Shown piece by piece: positions 53,134 to 63,244 of a DNA stretch of 64,000 bases. Location of the stretch: the NCBI GenBank assembly GCA_040222015.1, contig JAVJWO010000040.1, forward strand, positions 64,001 to 128,000, written 5' to 3'. The notes beneath the pieces were generated by a model. It was not told the DNA's origin and made no database searches. It saw nothing but the letters and a program-made list of their open reading frames with translations. This DNA comes from Coleofasciculus chthonoplastes F2-STO-03. Lineage in GTDB: Bacteria > Cyanobacteriota > Cyanobacteriia > Cyanobacteriales > Coleofasciculaceae. The stretch's first letter is position 1, and each line of letters begins with the position of its first letter. A program made the position numbers and the translations under genes.

Positions 53134-54693
53134 ATGAGTCCATTTAATCTAGATGAGCAAAGACCAGATGAATTTACCACCCCAGGAGTCCATAAAATCC
53201 GGACGATGATTGAAGGGTTCGATGATATCAGCCATGGGGGGTTACCTGTGGCTCGAACCACACTGGTTAGTGGCACCTCTGGTACGGGTAAAACATTGTT
53301 TGCGGTTCAGTTTCTGCATAACGGGATCACTCAATTTGATGATCCGGGTGTCTTCGTTACCTTTGAAGAATCTCCCAACGATATTATTAAAAATTCCCAT
53401 AGTTTAGGCTGGGATCTGCAAAAGTTAATTGATGACGGCAAACTGTTTATTCTGGATGCTTCTCCTGATCCCGAAGGACAAGAAGTTGTCGGCAACTTTG
53501 ATTTGTCCGCTTTAATTGAGCGGATTCAATACGCGATTCGCAAGTACAAAGCCAAGCGGGTTTCGGTTGATTCGATTACTGCCATATTTCAACAATACGA
53601 TGCGGCTTCAGTGGTGCGGCGAGAAATTTTTCGCTTAGTCGCTCGTCTCAAACAAATTGGCGTGACGACGGTGATGACGACGGAGCGCGTGGAAGAGTAT
53701 GGACCCGTAGCCAGGTTTGGCGTGGAAGAGTTTGTCTCCGATAATGTGGTAATTGTTCGCAATGTTTTGGAAGGAGAACGGCGACGCCGCACCATTGAAA
53801 TTCTCAAGCTACGGGGTACAACCCACATGAAAGGAGAATACCCGTTTACCCTAAGCAATCAAGGATTTAATATCTTCCCCTTAGGTGCCATGCAATTAAC
53901 TCAGCGTTCATCTAATGTTCGGGTATCCTCTGGAATTAAAACCCTGGATGAAATGTGTGGCGGTGGCTTCTTTAAAGATTCCATTATTCTAGCAACGGGA
54001 GCTACGGGAACGGGAAAAACTTTATTAGTTAGTAAGTTTATTCATGATGCTTGTTTAAATGAAGAACGGGCGATTCTCTTTGCTTACGAAGAATCCAGAG
54101 CGCAGCTCACGCGAAACGGTTTATCCTGGGGAATCGATTTCGAGGAAATGGAGGAAAAAGGATTATTAAAAATTCTTTGTTCTTACCCAGAATCAGCCGG
54201 ATTAGAAGATCATTTGCAAATTATTCAAACCCAAATTCAGGAGTTCAAACCGTCTCGGATTGCCATTGATTCTCTTTCGGCGTTAGCACGGGGAGTGAGC
54301 AATAATGCATTCCGTCAGTTCGTGATTAGTGTGACTGGTTACGCCAAGCAAGAAGAAATTACCGGGTTTTTTACCAATACAACGGATCAATTTATGGGAT
54401 CGAATTCAATTACAGATTCCCATATTTCTACGATTACTGATACAATTTTAATGTTGCAATACGTGGAAATTCGGGGGCAAATGTCGCGGGCGCTTAATGT
54501 ATTTAAAATGCGGGGATCTTGGCACGATACCGGAATTCGAGAGTATCTAATTAGCAAAAATGGGGCAGACATTAAAGATTCATTCCGCAATTACGAGCGG
54601 ATTATCAGTGGTTCCCCCAGTCGAATTACGGTTGACGAAAAGAGTGAACTCTCGCGGATTGTGCAAGGTGTGCGGCAAAAGTCAACGGAATAG
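53134..54693 (+). CDS. kaiC: Circadian clock protein KaiC
   Basis: Two P-loops (GTSGTGKT, GATGTGKT); phosphosite region SHISTITDT. Confidence 0.98.
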   Translation: MSPFNLDEQRPDEFTTPGVHKIRTMIEGFDDISHGGLPVARTTLVSGTSGTGKTLFAVQFLHNGITQFDDPGVFVTFEESPNDIIKNSHSLGWDLQKLIDDGKLFILDASPDPEGQEVVGNFDLSALIERIQYAIRKYKAKRVSVDSITAIFQQYDAASVVRREIFRLVARLKQIGVTTVMTTERVEEYGPVARFGVEEFVSDNVVIVRNVLEGERRRRTIEILKLRGTTHMKGEYPFTLSNQGFNIFPLGAMQLTQRSSNVRVSSGIKTLDEMCGGGFFKDSIILATGATGTGKTLLVSKFIHDACLNEERAILFAYEESRAQLTRNGLSWGIDFEEMEEKGLLKILCSYPESAGLEDHLQIIQTQIQEFKPSRIAIDSLSALARGVSNNAFRQFVISVTGYAKQEEITGFFTNTTDQFMGSNSITDSHISTITDTILMLQYVEIRGQMSRALNVFKMRGSWHDTGIREYLISKNGADIKDSFRNYERIISGSPSRITVDEKSELSRIVQGVRQKSTE

Positions 54694-54695
54694 TT

Positions 54696-54898
54696 ATTGG
54701 TCATTGGTCATTGGTCATTGGTCATGATTTGGTATTAGGGCGGGTTTTGTTGAGATGTTATCACGGAGATTCCAATTGAATAAGGGCGGGTTTTGTTGAG
54801 ATGTTATCACGGAGATTCTAATTAAATAAGGGCGGGTTTTGTTGTTCCATTATTGGTGGATATTTGAATTGAGTCCCTAAACCCGCCCCTACAATTAT
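54696..54898. repeat. TTGGTCA heptamer run plus three tandem REP left arms (46-bp period) and one right arm
   Basis: AGGGCGGGTTTTGTTG at 54737, 54783 and 54829; AAACCCGCCCCTAC at ~54879-54892. Confidence 0.85.
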
Positions 54899-54912
54899 CC
54901 CTACATCCGCCT

Positions 54913-56106
54913 CTACAATTGATTCGCGATCGCGTCCACTAACCGATCCATTTCCTCATAGTCCGTAAAGTAATGAACGCAGGCGCGAATGCAGTCGGGA
55001 TCACGAAGGGTGCGAAGCTGGAAACCCTTGTCTGCTAATTGTTTGACGAGTTGGGAAGAGGGGGTACTATCGGTTAAGACAAAGGAGACTAAACCCGCTT
55101 GGGGGGGAGAGTTCAACAGGCAACGCACCGAGTTTAACTGGGATAAGCGTTGCCAAAGATACTGACTGCGCTGACAAATTTGTTCGTAGCGGCTTTGATC
55201 CGTTCCCCATTGCTGATGAGTTGCGATCGCCTCTCGCAATCCAACATAGAGAGGATAGGCGGAGGTGGCGACTTCAAAGCGTTCTCCATCCGGCTTCCAG
55301 CCGATGGGTTTACCTCTGTTGTCCATCGTAATACCGCGCCAACCAATAAATGTGGGATGCAGGTGTTCTAATACATCAGGGCGCACGTATAAACCGCCAA
55401 CCCCAGCAGGTCCACACCACCATTTATGACCTGTAAAGGCATAAAAGTCTACCCCAAGTTCGCTTAAATTTAAGGGTAAGGAACCAACAGATTGAGCCGC
55501 ATCGACTAAAATTTGAATTGGGGCATTTTCGGTTACTGCATTACGACAGGTTTCTACAATTTCTTTTAAGGGCAAAACTTGACCCGTATTCCAGAGGATA
55601 TGACTAAGAACGACTAACCGGGTACGCGGTGTCAGATGTTGTTTGATTACGGCGGTAGGATCACCCTGGTTCAGCGTCGCCATAATTGGACAGGTGGACA
55701 CCTCTACGCCAAATCGCCGTCCGATCTCTTCTGCTGTAGCCACAATACCCGGATGTTCACAATCCGTCAGCAGGATGCGATCGCCAACTTGCCAGTCTAT
55801 CCCCCAGAAGGCAATATTACAGCCAACGGTGACATTTTCGGTGAGGGTAATCGTTTCGGGAGGCGTTCTCAACTCAGATGCGATCGCGCTTCGGGTGTAC
55901 TGGGTTTGTTCCAAGCGCCACTCATTGACCTTACCGGAAAACGGTCCATGTTCCTGAGTATACTCATAAGCCTGTTGAATCGCCGTTAATGACCTTGAGG
56001 GGAGAGTCCCTTGACCGCCAAAGTTGAAATAGGCTTTGTTGGCTAAAGCCGGAAACTGCTGTCGATGGTGTTGCAGATGAGTTGATGCACCCGATAGGTC
56101 TGTCAT
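54913..56106 (-). CDS. Class V PLP enzyme, L-cysteine/cystine lyase (C-DES-like)
   Basis: YFNFGGQG, TENVTVGCNI, SHILWNTG, VDAAQS and FTGHKWWCGPAG. Confidence 0.88.
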   Translation of the reverse strand: MTDLSGASTHLQHHRQQFPALANKAYFNFGGQGTLPSRSLTAIQQAYEYTQEHGPFSGKVNEWRLEQTQYTRSAIASELRTPPETITLTENVTVGCNIAFWGIDWQVGDRILLTDCEHPGIVATAEEIGRRFGVEVSTCPIMATLNQGDPTAVIKQHLTPRTRLVVLSHILWNTGQVLPLKEIVETCRNAVTENAPIQILVDAAQSVGSLPLNLSELGVDFYAFTGHKWWCGPAGVGGLYVRPDVLEHLHPTFIGWRGITMDNRGKPIGWKPDGERFEVATSAYPLYVGLREAIATHQQWGTDQSRYEQICQRSQYLWQRLSQLNSVRCLLNSPPQAGLVSFVLTDSTPSSQLVKQLADKGFQLRTLRDPDCIRACVHYFTDYEEMDRLVDAIANQL

Positions 56107-56363
56107 TGGCAAGTTTTTACTTTTACTATCCCCAGGAATGAATCATTATAATCCCAATCATCCCAATTTTTCAACACAATAAGCATATATACTGATCAGT
56201 TTCTGAGAAACTCAGCCATTCTGCGTAGGATTATTCAGCGAATCAACGGATTATTTGTTACAGGAAGTAAAGGTATTCTGGTAGGCAGCATAGACATCTA
56301 AAAGCAATTTCCTATTTTTATTGCGTCCCAGCCGATTGAAACTATCGGGACATAAAACCCAAT

Positions 56364-56628
56364 GTAGGGGCGGGTTTAGGGACAAAATTAATGGAGCCAC
56401 AAATCACCTTTATACAAAACCCGCCCTGCCCCAATCTTTCACTGCGATCGCGGTTGAGAATAAGGTGGGTTGGGTTGTCCAGTTTCGGATTAATCGATTG
56501 CCTTTCGGTGGGGGAATGGGCGGGTTTTGTTGTTCCATTATTGGTGGATATTTGAATTGAGTCCCTAAACCCGCCCCTACAATTATTCCTAAACCCGCCC
56601 CTACAATTATTCCTAAACCCGCCCCTAC
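56364..56628. repeat. REPIN cluster with tandem CCTAAACCCGCCCCTACA units
   Basis: GTAGGGGCGGGTTT at ~56364; 56518-56586 is identical to 54830-54898; three tandem right arms. Confidence 0.85.
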
Positions 56629-56701
56629 ATCTAATTTTTCTGCCCCAAATGCCTTGGCGAATAAATCACGCAAATTTATTTTTTTGTCCAAAGTTCAATA
56701 C

Positions 56702-57922
56702 TTAAGCGCGAAGCTTAAATTGGGCGATAATAATGCCGATAATGGCTAAAATGGCGGTGGGATAGAAAGCATAAGTATAACTGCCAAACAAATCCCGGAT
56801 TTGTCCGATGGCTAGAGTTCCTAAAAATGCTCCAGCGCCATAGGCAGTGAAGACAATCCCATAGTTCTTAGCATAGTCCTCTGGAGGAAACAGAATCAGG
56901 GTGGCTGTCGGTGCGATCGCCAACCATCCTCCTAAGCAAAGCCAGAACAGCGAAAAGGCAACCAGATAGGTCAAAGCTTGCCCCTCTCCAGCATTGAGCA
57001 TCAAAATTGAAGCTATCAGAATTAACACATAGGAAATAATCGCTGCTCCCTTGGGCTGTAGGCGATCTGTTAACCAACCAAATAGAGGACGCCCGATGCC
57101 ATTAAAGATAGCAAAGATAGAAACTGTAATCGCGGCGGTAGTCGCATCGAGTTTAATAATTTCCTGTGCCACGGGGCTAGAAATACCGATCGCCGAAAGT
57201 CCGACAAACGTGCCGATGGTATAGCAAAACCAGAGCGCATAAAAGGATGGCGATTGCAAGAGTTGTCGCCGCTGATTTTTGGTTGTTTCGATCGGTTTTG
57301 GCGTCCAGTTTTTGGGTTTCCATCCGACTGGGGGTAATTTTAGGGTGATTGAGATAACGAGAATAATTGCCGTCAAACTAATCCCCAGAATTGCAAAGCT
57401 AGGAAGAACCCCAAACGCTGCAATTAAGCCCTTTGCCATCGGTGCCGTCACCAAGGGAGAAAGTCCAAACCCGATCGCCGTCAATCCCACTGCCAACCCT
57501 TTGCGATCGGGAAACCATTTAGCGGAAACTGCCAGGGGAACACCATAGGCAATACCAACGCCCGCACCAGCGATTACACCATAGGTAATCGTTAAGAGGA
57601 TGATATTCGTGGCGAAACTGGAAAGGATATAACCAATTCCCGTCACCACGCCACCAATCGCTGTAATTTTGCTCACGCCAATCTTATCAATGTAAAATCC
57701 CGTAATTGGCATCAACAGGGCATAGAGGACTAATAAAACTGTGAACGGTAATAAACTTTGAGTGGCGCTGATGCCAAATAAGTCCTCTAGCGGTTTACGA
57801 AAAATACTCCAAGAATAGACTGTGCCTAAACACAGTAGGATAAGCGAGCCTAACGGGATTAAAAACCATCTGCCTTTCTCTGCTGGCAAGCCAAAAACGC
57901 GAACAGATTGCCAGTTATCCAT
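56702..57922 (-). CDS. OFA-family MFS transporter (oxalate/formate antiporter-like)
   Basis: LCLGTVYSWSIF, KWFPDRKGLA.G, FNGIGRPLFGWLTDR and KNYGIVFTAYG; 12 TM segments. Confidence 0.9.
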   Translation of the reverse strand: MDNWQSVRVFGLPAEKGRWFLIPLGSLILLCLGTVYSWSIFRKPLEDLFGISATQSLLPFTVLLVLYALLMPITGFYIDKIGVSKITAIGGVVTGIGYILSSFATNIILLTITYGVIAGAGVGIAYGVPLAVSAKWFPDRKGLAVGLTAIGFGLSPLVTAPMAKGLIAAFGVLPSFAILGISLTAIILVISITLKLPPVGWKPKNWTPKPIETTKNQRRQLLQSPSFYALWFCYTIGTFVGLSAIGISSPVAQEIIKLDATTAAITVSIFAIFNGIGRPLFGWLTDRLQPKGAAIISYVLILIASILMLNAGEGQALTYLVAFSLFWLCLGGWLAIAPTATLILFPPEDYAKNYGIVFTAYGAGAFLGTLAIGQIRDLFGSYTYAFYPTAILAIIGIIIAQFKLRA

Positions 57923-58312
57923 AGAATCTCCTACACACAGCTAATCATCCAAGAGGATACCACCTGAATAGTATCTGATCAGCTAACTGGGTTAAGTTAA
58001 TTTTCGGCTCTATGATCCCCTATGTCGATTGGGTTGAGGTACGTAGGTAGAACCTTCTCGAAGAACAAGCCAACTTAGCAGGTAGCTTGCAGAATGTCTG
58101 CTTTCTCTGACATTCTCCCCTCATTTTCAATGGGGCTAGCAAGATTTTCTAACTTAGCGTGTTGCGGGTTGGAATCTGATTCTATCCATAAAATCACGGT
58201 ATAACTAAATTTGGAGCCGTTTTAACTAACAGTTTGGCATAGTAAGTCCGGAAGAGCCGATTTCCGAAATTTTTGATCTGTTTTTATCATAAATACTCTC
58301 GAAGAGCCAATA

Positions 58313-59305
58313 TCACTCATGAATTCTACCATCAGGCATTGTCGCCCCCTGCAAATTTGCCCCCATTAAATTCGTGGTACTCAATTCTGCCCGTGTCAGA
58401 TTAGCATTGCTCAAATTCGCCCCCATCAGGTTTGTTCGTGCTAAATATGCCTCAATTAAATCCGACTCACTCAAATTCGCTTCCCGTAAATTTGTCCGAC
58501 TCAAATCCGCCCGATTCAATCGCGCAAAACTCAGATTTCCCCGACTCACTTGGGCTTTATTCAACCTGACATCTGGCATTACAGCCCCCTGTAAATTCAC
58601 GCCAGTCAAATCAGCTTCACTTAACATCGCCCGTTCTAATTTGACATTCTTCAGCATAGCGCCACGCAAATTCGCCCCCATCAAATTCACTTCCGTCAAA
58701 AATGCCGAACTCAAATTCGCGCCACTCAAATCTGCCCCCCGCAAATCCGCTTCCCGCAAATTCGTTTCCCTTAAATTGGCACCCCTTAAGTTTACTTTCA
58801 ATAAATCTGCCCCGCACAAATCAGCCCCTTGTAAATCGACGTTCTGTAAGATGGCGCCCCGCAGCTTGGCAGTATACATCCGCTTTTCTTCTCGCAAATT
58901 CGCCCCGCGTAAACACGCCCCAGTTAAATCCGCCCCACTTAAATTAGCCCCCCGCAAATCAGCATCCATTAAGTTAGCATCGAGCAAACTGGCTAATGTC
59001 AAATTGGCGCTTCTTAAGTCAGCACTTTGTAAACTTGCCCCATGTAAATCGGCATTATTTAAATTAACCCCACTCAGCCACGCCTGATTTAAATTTGCGC
59101 CACTTAACCGTGTCCCTACTAAATTCGCTTTCCTTAAATTCGCGCGACTCAGGTAAGCAAAAATTAACGTCGCGCCATGTAAATCAGCCCCATTGAGAAC
59201 AATGCCAATTAAGTCCGCGCCAAACAAATTGACACCGCTGAGGCTGACACCCGTAAACTTGGTTTCTCCCGCTTCATAGCGCTGTAGGAGTTCTTTAACG
59301 TTCAT
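58313..59305 (-). CDS. Pentapeptide repeat protein
   Basis: ELLQRYEAGET N-terminus; continuous A(D/N)Lxx repeats; ends GATMPDG. Confidence 0.95.
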   Translation of the reverse strand: MNVKELLQRYEAGETKFTGVSLSGVNLFGADLIGIVLNGADLHGATLIFAYLSRANLRKANLVGTRLSGANLNQAWLSGVNLNNADLHGASLQSADLRSANLTLASLLDANLMDADLRGANLSGADLTGACLRGANLREEKRMYTAKLRGAILQNVDLQGADLCGADLLKVNLRGANLRETNLREADLRGADLSGANLSSAFLTEVNLMGANLRGAMLKNVKLERAMLSEADLTGVNLQGAVMPDVRLNKAQVSRGNLSFARLNRADLSRTNLREANLSESDLIEAYLARTNLMGANLSNANLTRAELSTTNLMGANLQGATMPDGRIHE

Positions 59306-60464
59306 AGAATAATTTCATCGATTGTGCGATCGCGCCAGCGGCTTGAATATTTTCATCGGCGTCCTCCAGGGCTTGTGCTGTCTGGAAAAGCTTGGCTTCA
59401 AGTTCCTCAATCGTGGGACAAGTCGAGAACAATTCAAATAACAAATCGTCTAGGGGCTTGGCTTTCATCAATAACCAATCATGTTGGGTTTTCTTAATCG
59501 GATGATAGAGTACCGAAAAAATTAATAATTTTGCCCGCAATGGGGTTGTATATTTCATTACATTTAATCGCAAATCAAACGGGTCATACGGGCATGGCTT
59601 TGACGTGGAATCCTGAGTTAAATTTTGTCCATTTTCTTGACTTGTAACACCTGATGATTGCTGATTTTTGATTGCTGATTGCTGATGGGTAAATTCGTTT
59701 TTATCTTCTCGTTGTTGGGTATTCCTGTTCCCTCGATTGATCGGTGAGGGCAAGGTTTTCGGTGGCGGTGCTGGTGGCTGCGATCGCACCGCTTTTACGG
59801 CTTTCACACTGGTAATTTCTGAATCATCAGTATAGAGTTTTTGCAGCACCTTGAGAATGGTTTTTGCCACGACAATATAGTCTGCCTGTCGGTTGAGGGT
59901 TTGCACTTGCTGCTTGAGTGCTGCACTGAGTTTCTTGATGCTAGGGTAAGATTCTCTTAAGTCTTGAATTAAATCCGCCAAATTTAATTGCTCTAGAATC
60001 TGCGAGTCGGTTTCCCAGTGATTTTTACCGACATAAAGCATCAGTTTTTTGATTCGCAGGATATTACTATCTTCTTCCAGTTCACTGGCGGTTTCTAATA
60101 CTATCCATGGGGGTTGAGTCGCAGCATTAGGCGGGGATTTAACCGCGACGACTTGAGTTAATTCTTCCGGTTCGCTATAGAGGGGTTCTAACTGATGAAT
60201 AATTGTATCCGCCACGAGTAAATATTCAGCTTGGCGGTTCAAGGTTTCCGCAAAGCTATAAAGCCTTGAACGAAGCTGCTCCAGACTGACATGGGAGACG
60301 CGAAGTTGTTGGATTAAATCAGAGAACTCATACTGATTCAGAATTGATAACTCGTTTTCCCACTGACTCTGGCAGGTATAAACCATTAACTTTTTTATCC
60401 GCGTTGAATTGTCGTGGGTTTCTAAATTTTTAACAATTCTATCTAAACTCAATAACCCTGGCAT
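59295..60464 (-). CDS. Hypothetical protein with duplicated ~90-aa helical domain
   Basis: RIKKLM...WE...TLNRQA.Y occurs twice, with a related third unit at the C-terminus; overlaps the pentapeptide gene. Confidence 0.75.
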   Translation of the reverse strand: MPGLLSLDRIVKNLETHDNSTRIKKLMVYTCQSQWENELSILNQYEFSDLIQQLRVSHVSLEQLRSRLYSFAETLNRQAEYLLVADTIIHQLEPLYSEPEELTQVVAVKSPPNAATQPPWIVLETASELEEDSNILRIKKLMLYVGKNHWETDSQILEQLNLADLIQDLRESYPSIKKLSAALKQQVQTLNRQADYIVVAKTILKVLQKLYTDDSEITSVKAVKAVRSQPPAPPPKTLPSPINRGNRNTQQREDKNEFTHQQSAIKNQQSSGVTSQENGQNLTQDSTSKPCPYDPFDLRLNVMKYTTPLRAKLLIFSVLYHPIKKTQHDWLLMKAKPLDDLLFELFSTCPTIEELEAKLFQTAQALEDADENIQAAGAIAQSMKLFYER

Positions 60465-60806
60465 TAATCTAAATGATGAATTGTGAAATTATCGCTTTTA
60501 TGGAGAAATAATCCGCCGCATTTTGTTTTTGAGCAGGATGCCTTGAACTGATGTACCTGCTTAGAGTTATTAACACACATTATTTATTTTGTCAATATTT
60601 TAGATTAAACCGATTTCCAACTCTATGATATCAAGACTGCTGGATGTTCCAGACGTAGCCGGCTAGATCTAGAACAGGTTCCTCTAGCTTCCCCATAAAT
60701 TATCCTGATCGGGTGGCATAGGCTAAGAAAATTATAAATACTGACCCCATTTTAGTGGCAGTTTAATCCCTTATCAGTAGTCGATTACGACTCCTTCTAA
60801 ATCACT

Positions 60807-61088
60807 ATGTTACTTACTCGTCAACAACTCAAAGCCAAAAAACGCAATGCCAAACGGCTCAGTCAATTACTCCAAGAGGCTAGAAGAGAACTTGAACACA
60901 ACATTATCATGTTGGAGGATACGGTTCTCGATCAAGGAATTTGGCAAATGTCTGATATTTTGCCCTCCCAAAATGCCCATTCCGTAATTGGCGAAATTCT
61001 GGCGATCGCGGATGCCTGGGAACAACTCAACCATTTTGAAATTGAGGAAAAGTTAGATCATATCGAGGGTAAATTCTATCAAAACTAA
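60807..61088 (+). CDS. Hypothetical protein
   Basis: 93-aa ORF with plausible composition and no recognised motif. Confidence 0.5.
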   Translation: MLLTRQQLKAKKRNAKRLSQLLQEARRELEHNIIMLEDTVLDQGIWQMSDILPSQNAHSVIGEILAIADAWEQLNHFEIEEKLDHIEGKFYQN

Positions 61089-61168
61089 ACCATTCTGTTT
61101 AATTGGCTCCCTAATCAATTTATCCCACGACCCAAAGGTTAAAGCAATTTCCCCAAGAGTACACAGAG

Positions 61169-61336
61169 ATGGCATTTGAGGCATATTGTTTAGGTTACAT
61201 CAGCTTGAATAAACTAGCTGAACTGCTGGAGATTCCAGTTGAAGAAGCTAAAGTCCAAGTTGAGGCTCGGAATGCTCCATTAGACTTGGGTGTGAGTGGG
61301 GAGTTAGAACTATTGAATGACATTGAGAATGCCTAA
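61169..61336 (+). pseudogene. UPF0175-like HTH antitoxin, possibly the C-terminal remnant of a longer gene
   Basis: Manual translation (QRLKQFPQEYTE)MAFEAYCLGYISLNKLAELLEIP...NDIENA*; overlaps the PIN gene start. Confidence 0.6.
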
Positions 61337-61799
61337 ACCAGAAGCATCACCCATCATTTTCGATAACACCGTCTTGAGTAATTTTGCTCTGGTAAGCTGT
61401 CACACATTTAAATTGGGAATGGGTAGCGAGCAAGATGCAAAGCCTGCGGCATGGCTTCGCTTAACGCATTACAAGGGTTTTGCCGTTTTTGACATTAAGG
61501 TTTAAATGCCGAACAGCTTACAGGCTTTTGATATCTTACGACAGCTTTATGAAAGTAGAGCCTTTATTTGTCGAGCGGTTCTACAGGAGATTCAGGCAGG
61601 AATTGATAGCGGTTGGAAATATCCTTGGTTACGAGGTAGAACTGGATTACAGGTCATTAATCAGGCATTGGACGAGGGTTGGCTGCAAATCCCCAGAAGT
61701 GAGGTCAATCCAGGCGACGATATTGTGGAGCTTCAACTTGCCCTAGAGTATGGTCAACGTTTTGGTGCAGGAGAGGCAGAAGCAATGGCGATCGCTTGA
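61329..61799 (+). pseudogene. DUF3368-like PIN-domain protein, MITE-interrupted and 3'-truncated
   Basis: IIFDNTVLSNFALV|QAFDILRQLY...AVLQEI...GAGEAEAMAIA*; stops at a HIP1 site and lacks the later acidic (TDD-type) motif. Confidence 0.75.
61395..61518. mobile_element. 124-bp MITE, copy 2 (opposite orientation to 31794-31917)
   Basis: TA TSD at 61393-61394 and 61519-61520; AGCTGT...ACAGCT ends. Confidence 0.88.
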
Positions 61800-61814
61800 A
61801 CGAATAAGTAGATC

Positions 61815-62798
61815 TTAGGGAGAATCCATCTCGATTTGCATAGACGAACTCATCCGCATCAGCATTTCTTGCTTACTTTCGGGTTCTGTCACCAAAAACT
61901 CCATGTTAGAAAGTGTAGACATCATTCCACTAAGCGGCATGATCTGATCAAACCCGATGGTCATTGTTCCCGCGCTTTGCATAGCAAAAGACTGAATCTG
62001 AAAATTCACACCGGGAGGCGTTCCGGGAAGATTCATTTGGCTCGATTCTTGAGATTGCTGTTGCATACTCATTTTCAGCGTCACCTGATCTTCATTAATA
62101 TCTTCCACCTCATATAAGACTTGAACCTGATCCAATGGCAACCCAGAAACAGGTACAGCGCTGGAGACTTGCCAGGTTGCTCCCACTCCCACTGCTGCTT
62201 TGGGAAACGGTGCTGCCGATAATTGCTCTAAGGAACTCAACATTTGCTGTAAAAGTTGTTGGAGGTTGGGATCAAGATCCGCTGGTAACGATACGTCCAC
62301 ATCTTTAGTGATTCCCTGCTGATCAATCACAAACTCAATGGTTACATCCTGGAGTTGTTGCAGTTGCGATCGCAGGGTTTGAATCAGTTCCGGCGGAGCG
62401 GTTGTATCCGAGACTACATCCACATCCGTGTAAGTCACTTTAATATGAGCATCTCCATTCCCATCAACCTGAGTCACCTCTGACTCAACTGTCATCTGTA
62501 TAGCCGGCATATTCATATTCGGCATCACCTGACCATCCACCGCCCCCATCATGTCCATATTCATCGTCAGGACTGTGGTTTGCTTGGTGTTGGCGGCGGG
62601 TTTAAACCGCAAAATTTGCCGAGGTTGAACACCTGGATCAAGTAAGACTATCGTTGATTTCGCTTCAGTCGCACTTTCGGCTGAGTCAGGAATGGTTTCA
62701 ATCAAGGGTGTTTGAGCATGGACAGAGGGAGATGGCGGCGTTATTCCCCATCCAGTAATCAGTAAGAAGGCAACGCCTAAGACGAATGGTTTTTTCAT
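61815..62798 (-). CDS. Secreted hypothetical protein
   Basis: Signal peptide ending VHAQ; LLDPGVQPRQILRF and FPKAAVGVGATW. Confidence 0.75.
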   Translation of the reverse strand: MKKPFVLGVAFLLITGWGITPPSPSVHAQTPLIETIPDSAESATEAKSTIVLLDPGVQPRQILRFKPAANTKQTTVLTMNMDMMGAVDGQVMPNMNMPAIQMTVESEVTQVDGNGDAHIKVTYTDVDVVSDTTAPPELIQTLRSQLQQLQDVTIEFVIDQQGITKDVDVSLPADLDPNLQQLLQQMLSSLEQLSAAPFPKAAVGVGATWQVSSAVPVSGLPLDQVQVLYEVEDINEDQVTLKMSMQQQSQESSQMNLPGTPPGVNFQIQSFAMQSAGTMTIGFDQIMPLSGMMSTLSNMEFLVTEPESKQEMLMRMSSSMQIEMDSP

Positions 62799-62910
62799 CA
62801 GGTTATTCTAAGATTCAGATTCTCCTTTCAATCTAGCTCACCAAAATAGGCAGAAAAAATATAGAAGTGTAGGGGCGAGGTTTACCGATAACATGAGAGC
62901 CATAAACCGA

Positions 62911-63052
62911 TAAGTAGTCGGACTGGCATAAAACGGCACGCTCCGGCAAGTGCAAGTAAACCGCCCTCAAACCTTTACTGTTCCCTGTTAAGAGTTCCCT
63001 GTTAAGAGTTCCCTAATCTCAACAGTTAACTTTAGTTGTGTCCACCTACTTA
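62911..63052. mobile_element. Degenerate MITE (TAAGTAG..GGAC / GTCCACCTACTTA ends) containing TGTTAAGAGTTCCC repeats
   Basis: Imperfect inverted ends; a lone matching end GTCCACCTACTTA also occurs at ~13016-13028. Confidence 0.55.
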
Positions 63053-63055
63053 ATA

Positions 63056-63094
63056 CCCACATTCCGCACTTCAAATTGAAGTGCGGAATGTGGG
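63056..63094. repeat. 39-bp palindrome (19-bp perfect arms)
   Basis: CCCACATTCCGCACTTCAA-A-TTGAAGTGCGGAATGTGGG. Confidence 0.85.
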
Positions 63095-63244
63095 ATGATA
63101 ACCTAGTCCGCGCAGGCGGACTTTGTTTGTCTAGCTGCGATTTCAATCGCCCTGGCTGATGGGGTGTTGTGTTCATATCAAAGCCCCCCATTGTTTAAAC
63201 ACAGGATACAGTTCAATCATTTAAGCAGAATTTATCAAAAGCTT

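Noticed and set aside
54737..54898. 46-bp periodic repeats as a mini CRISPR array
   Set aside because: The 'spacers' are near-identical and the unit is the dispersed REP arm found elsewhere in the window.
56410..56691. 93-aa ORF with GAGLGIIV repeats (and the opposite-strand ORF 56321-56560)
   Set aside because: It is a translation of tandem REP arms.
57923..58310. Riboswitch upstream of the OFA transporter
   Set aside because: Some hairpins are present, but no aptamer consensus I can recognise; an Rfam/Infernal scan would be needed.
58374..59087. 237-aa plus-strand ORF
   Set aside because: Antisense shadow of the pentapeptide repeat gene.
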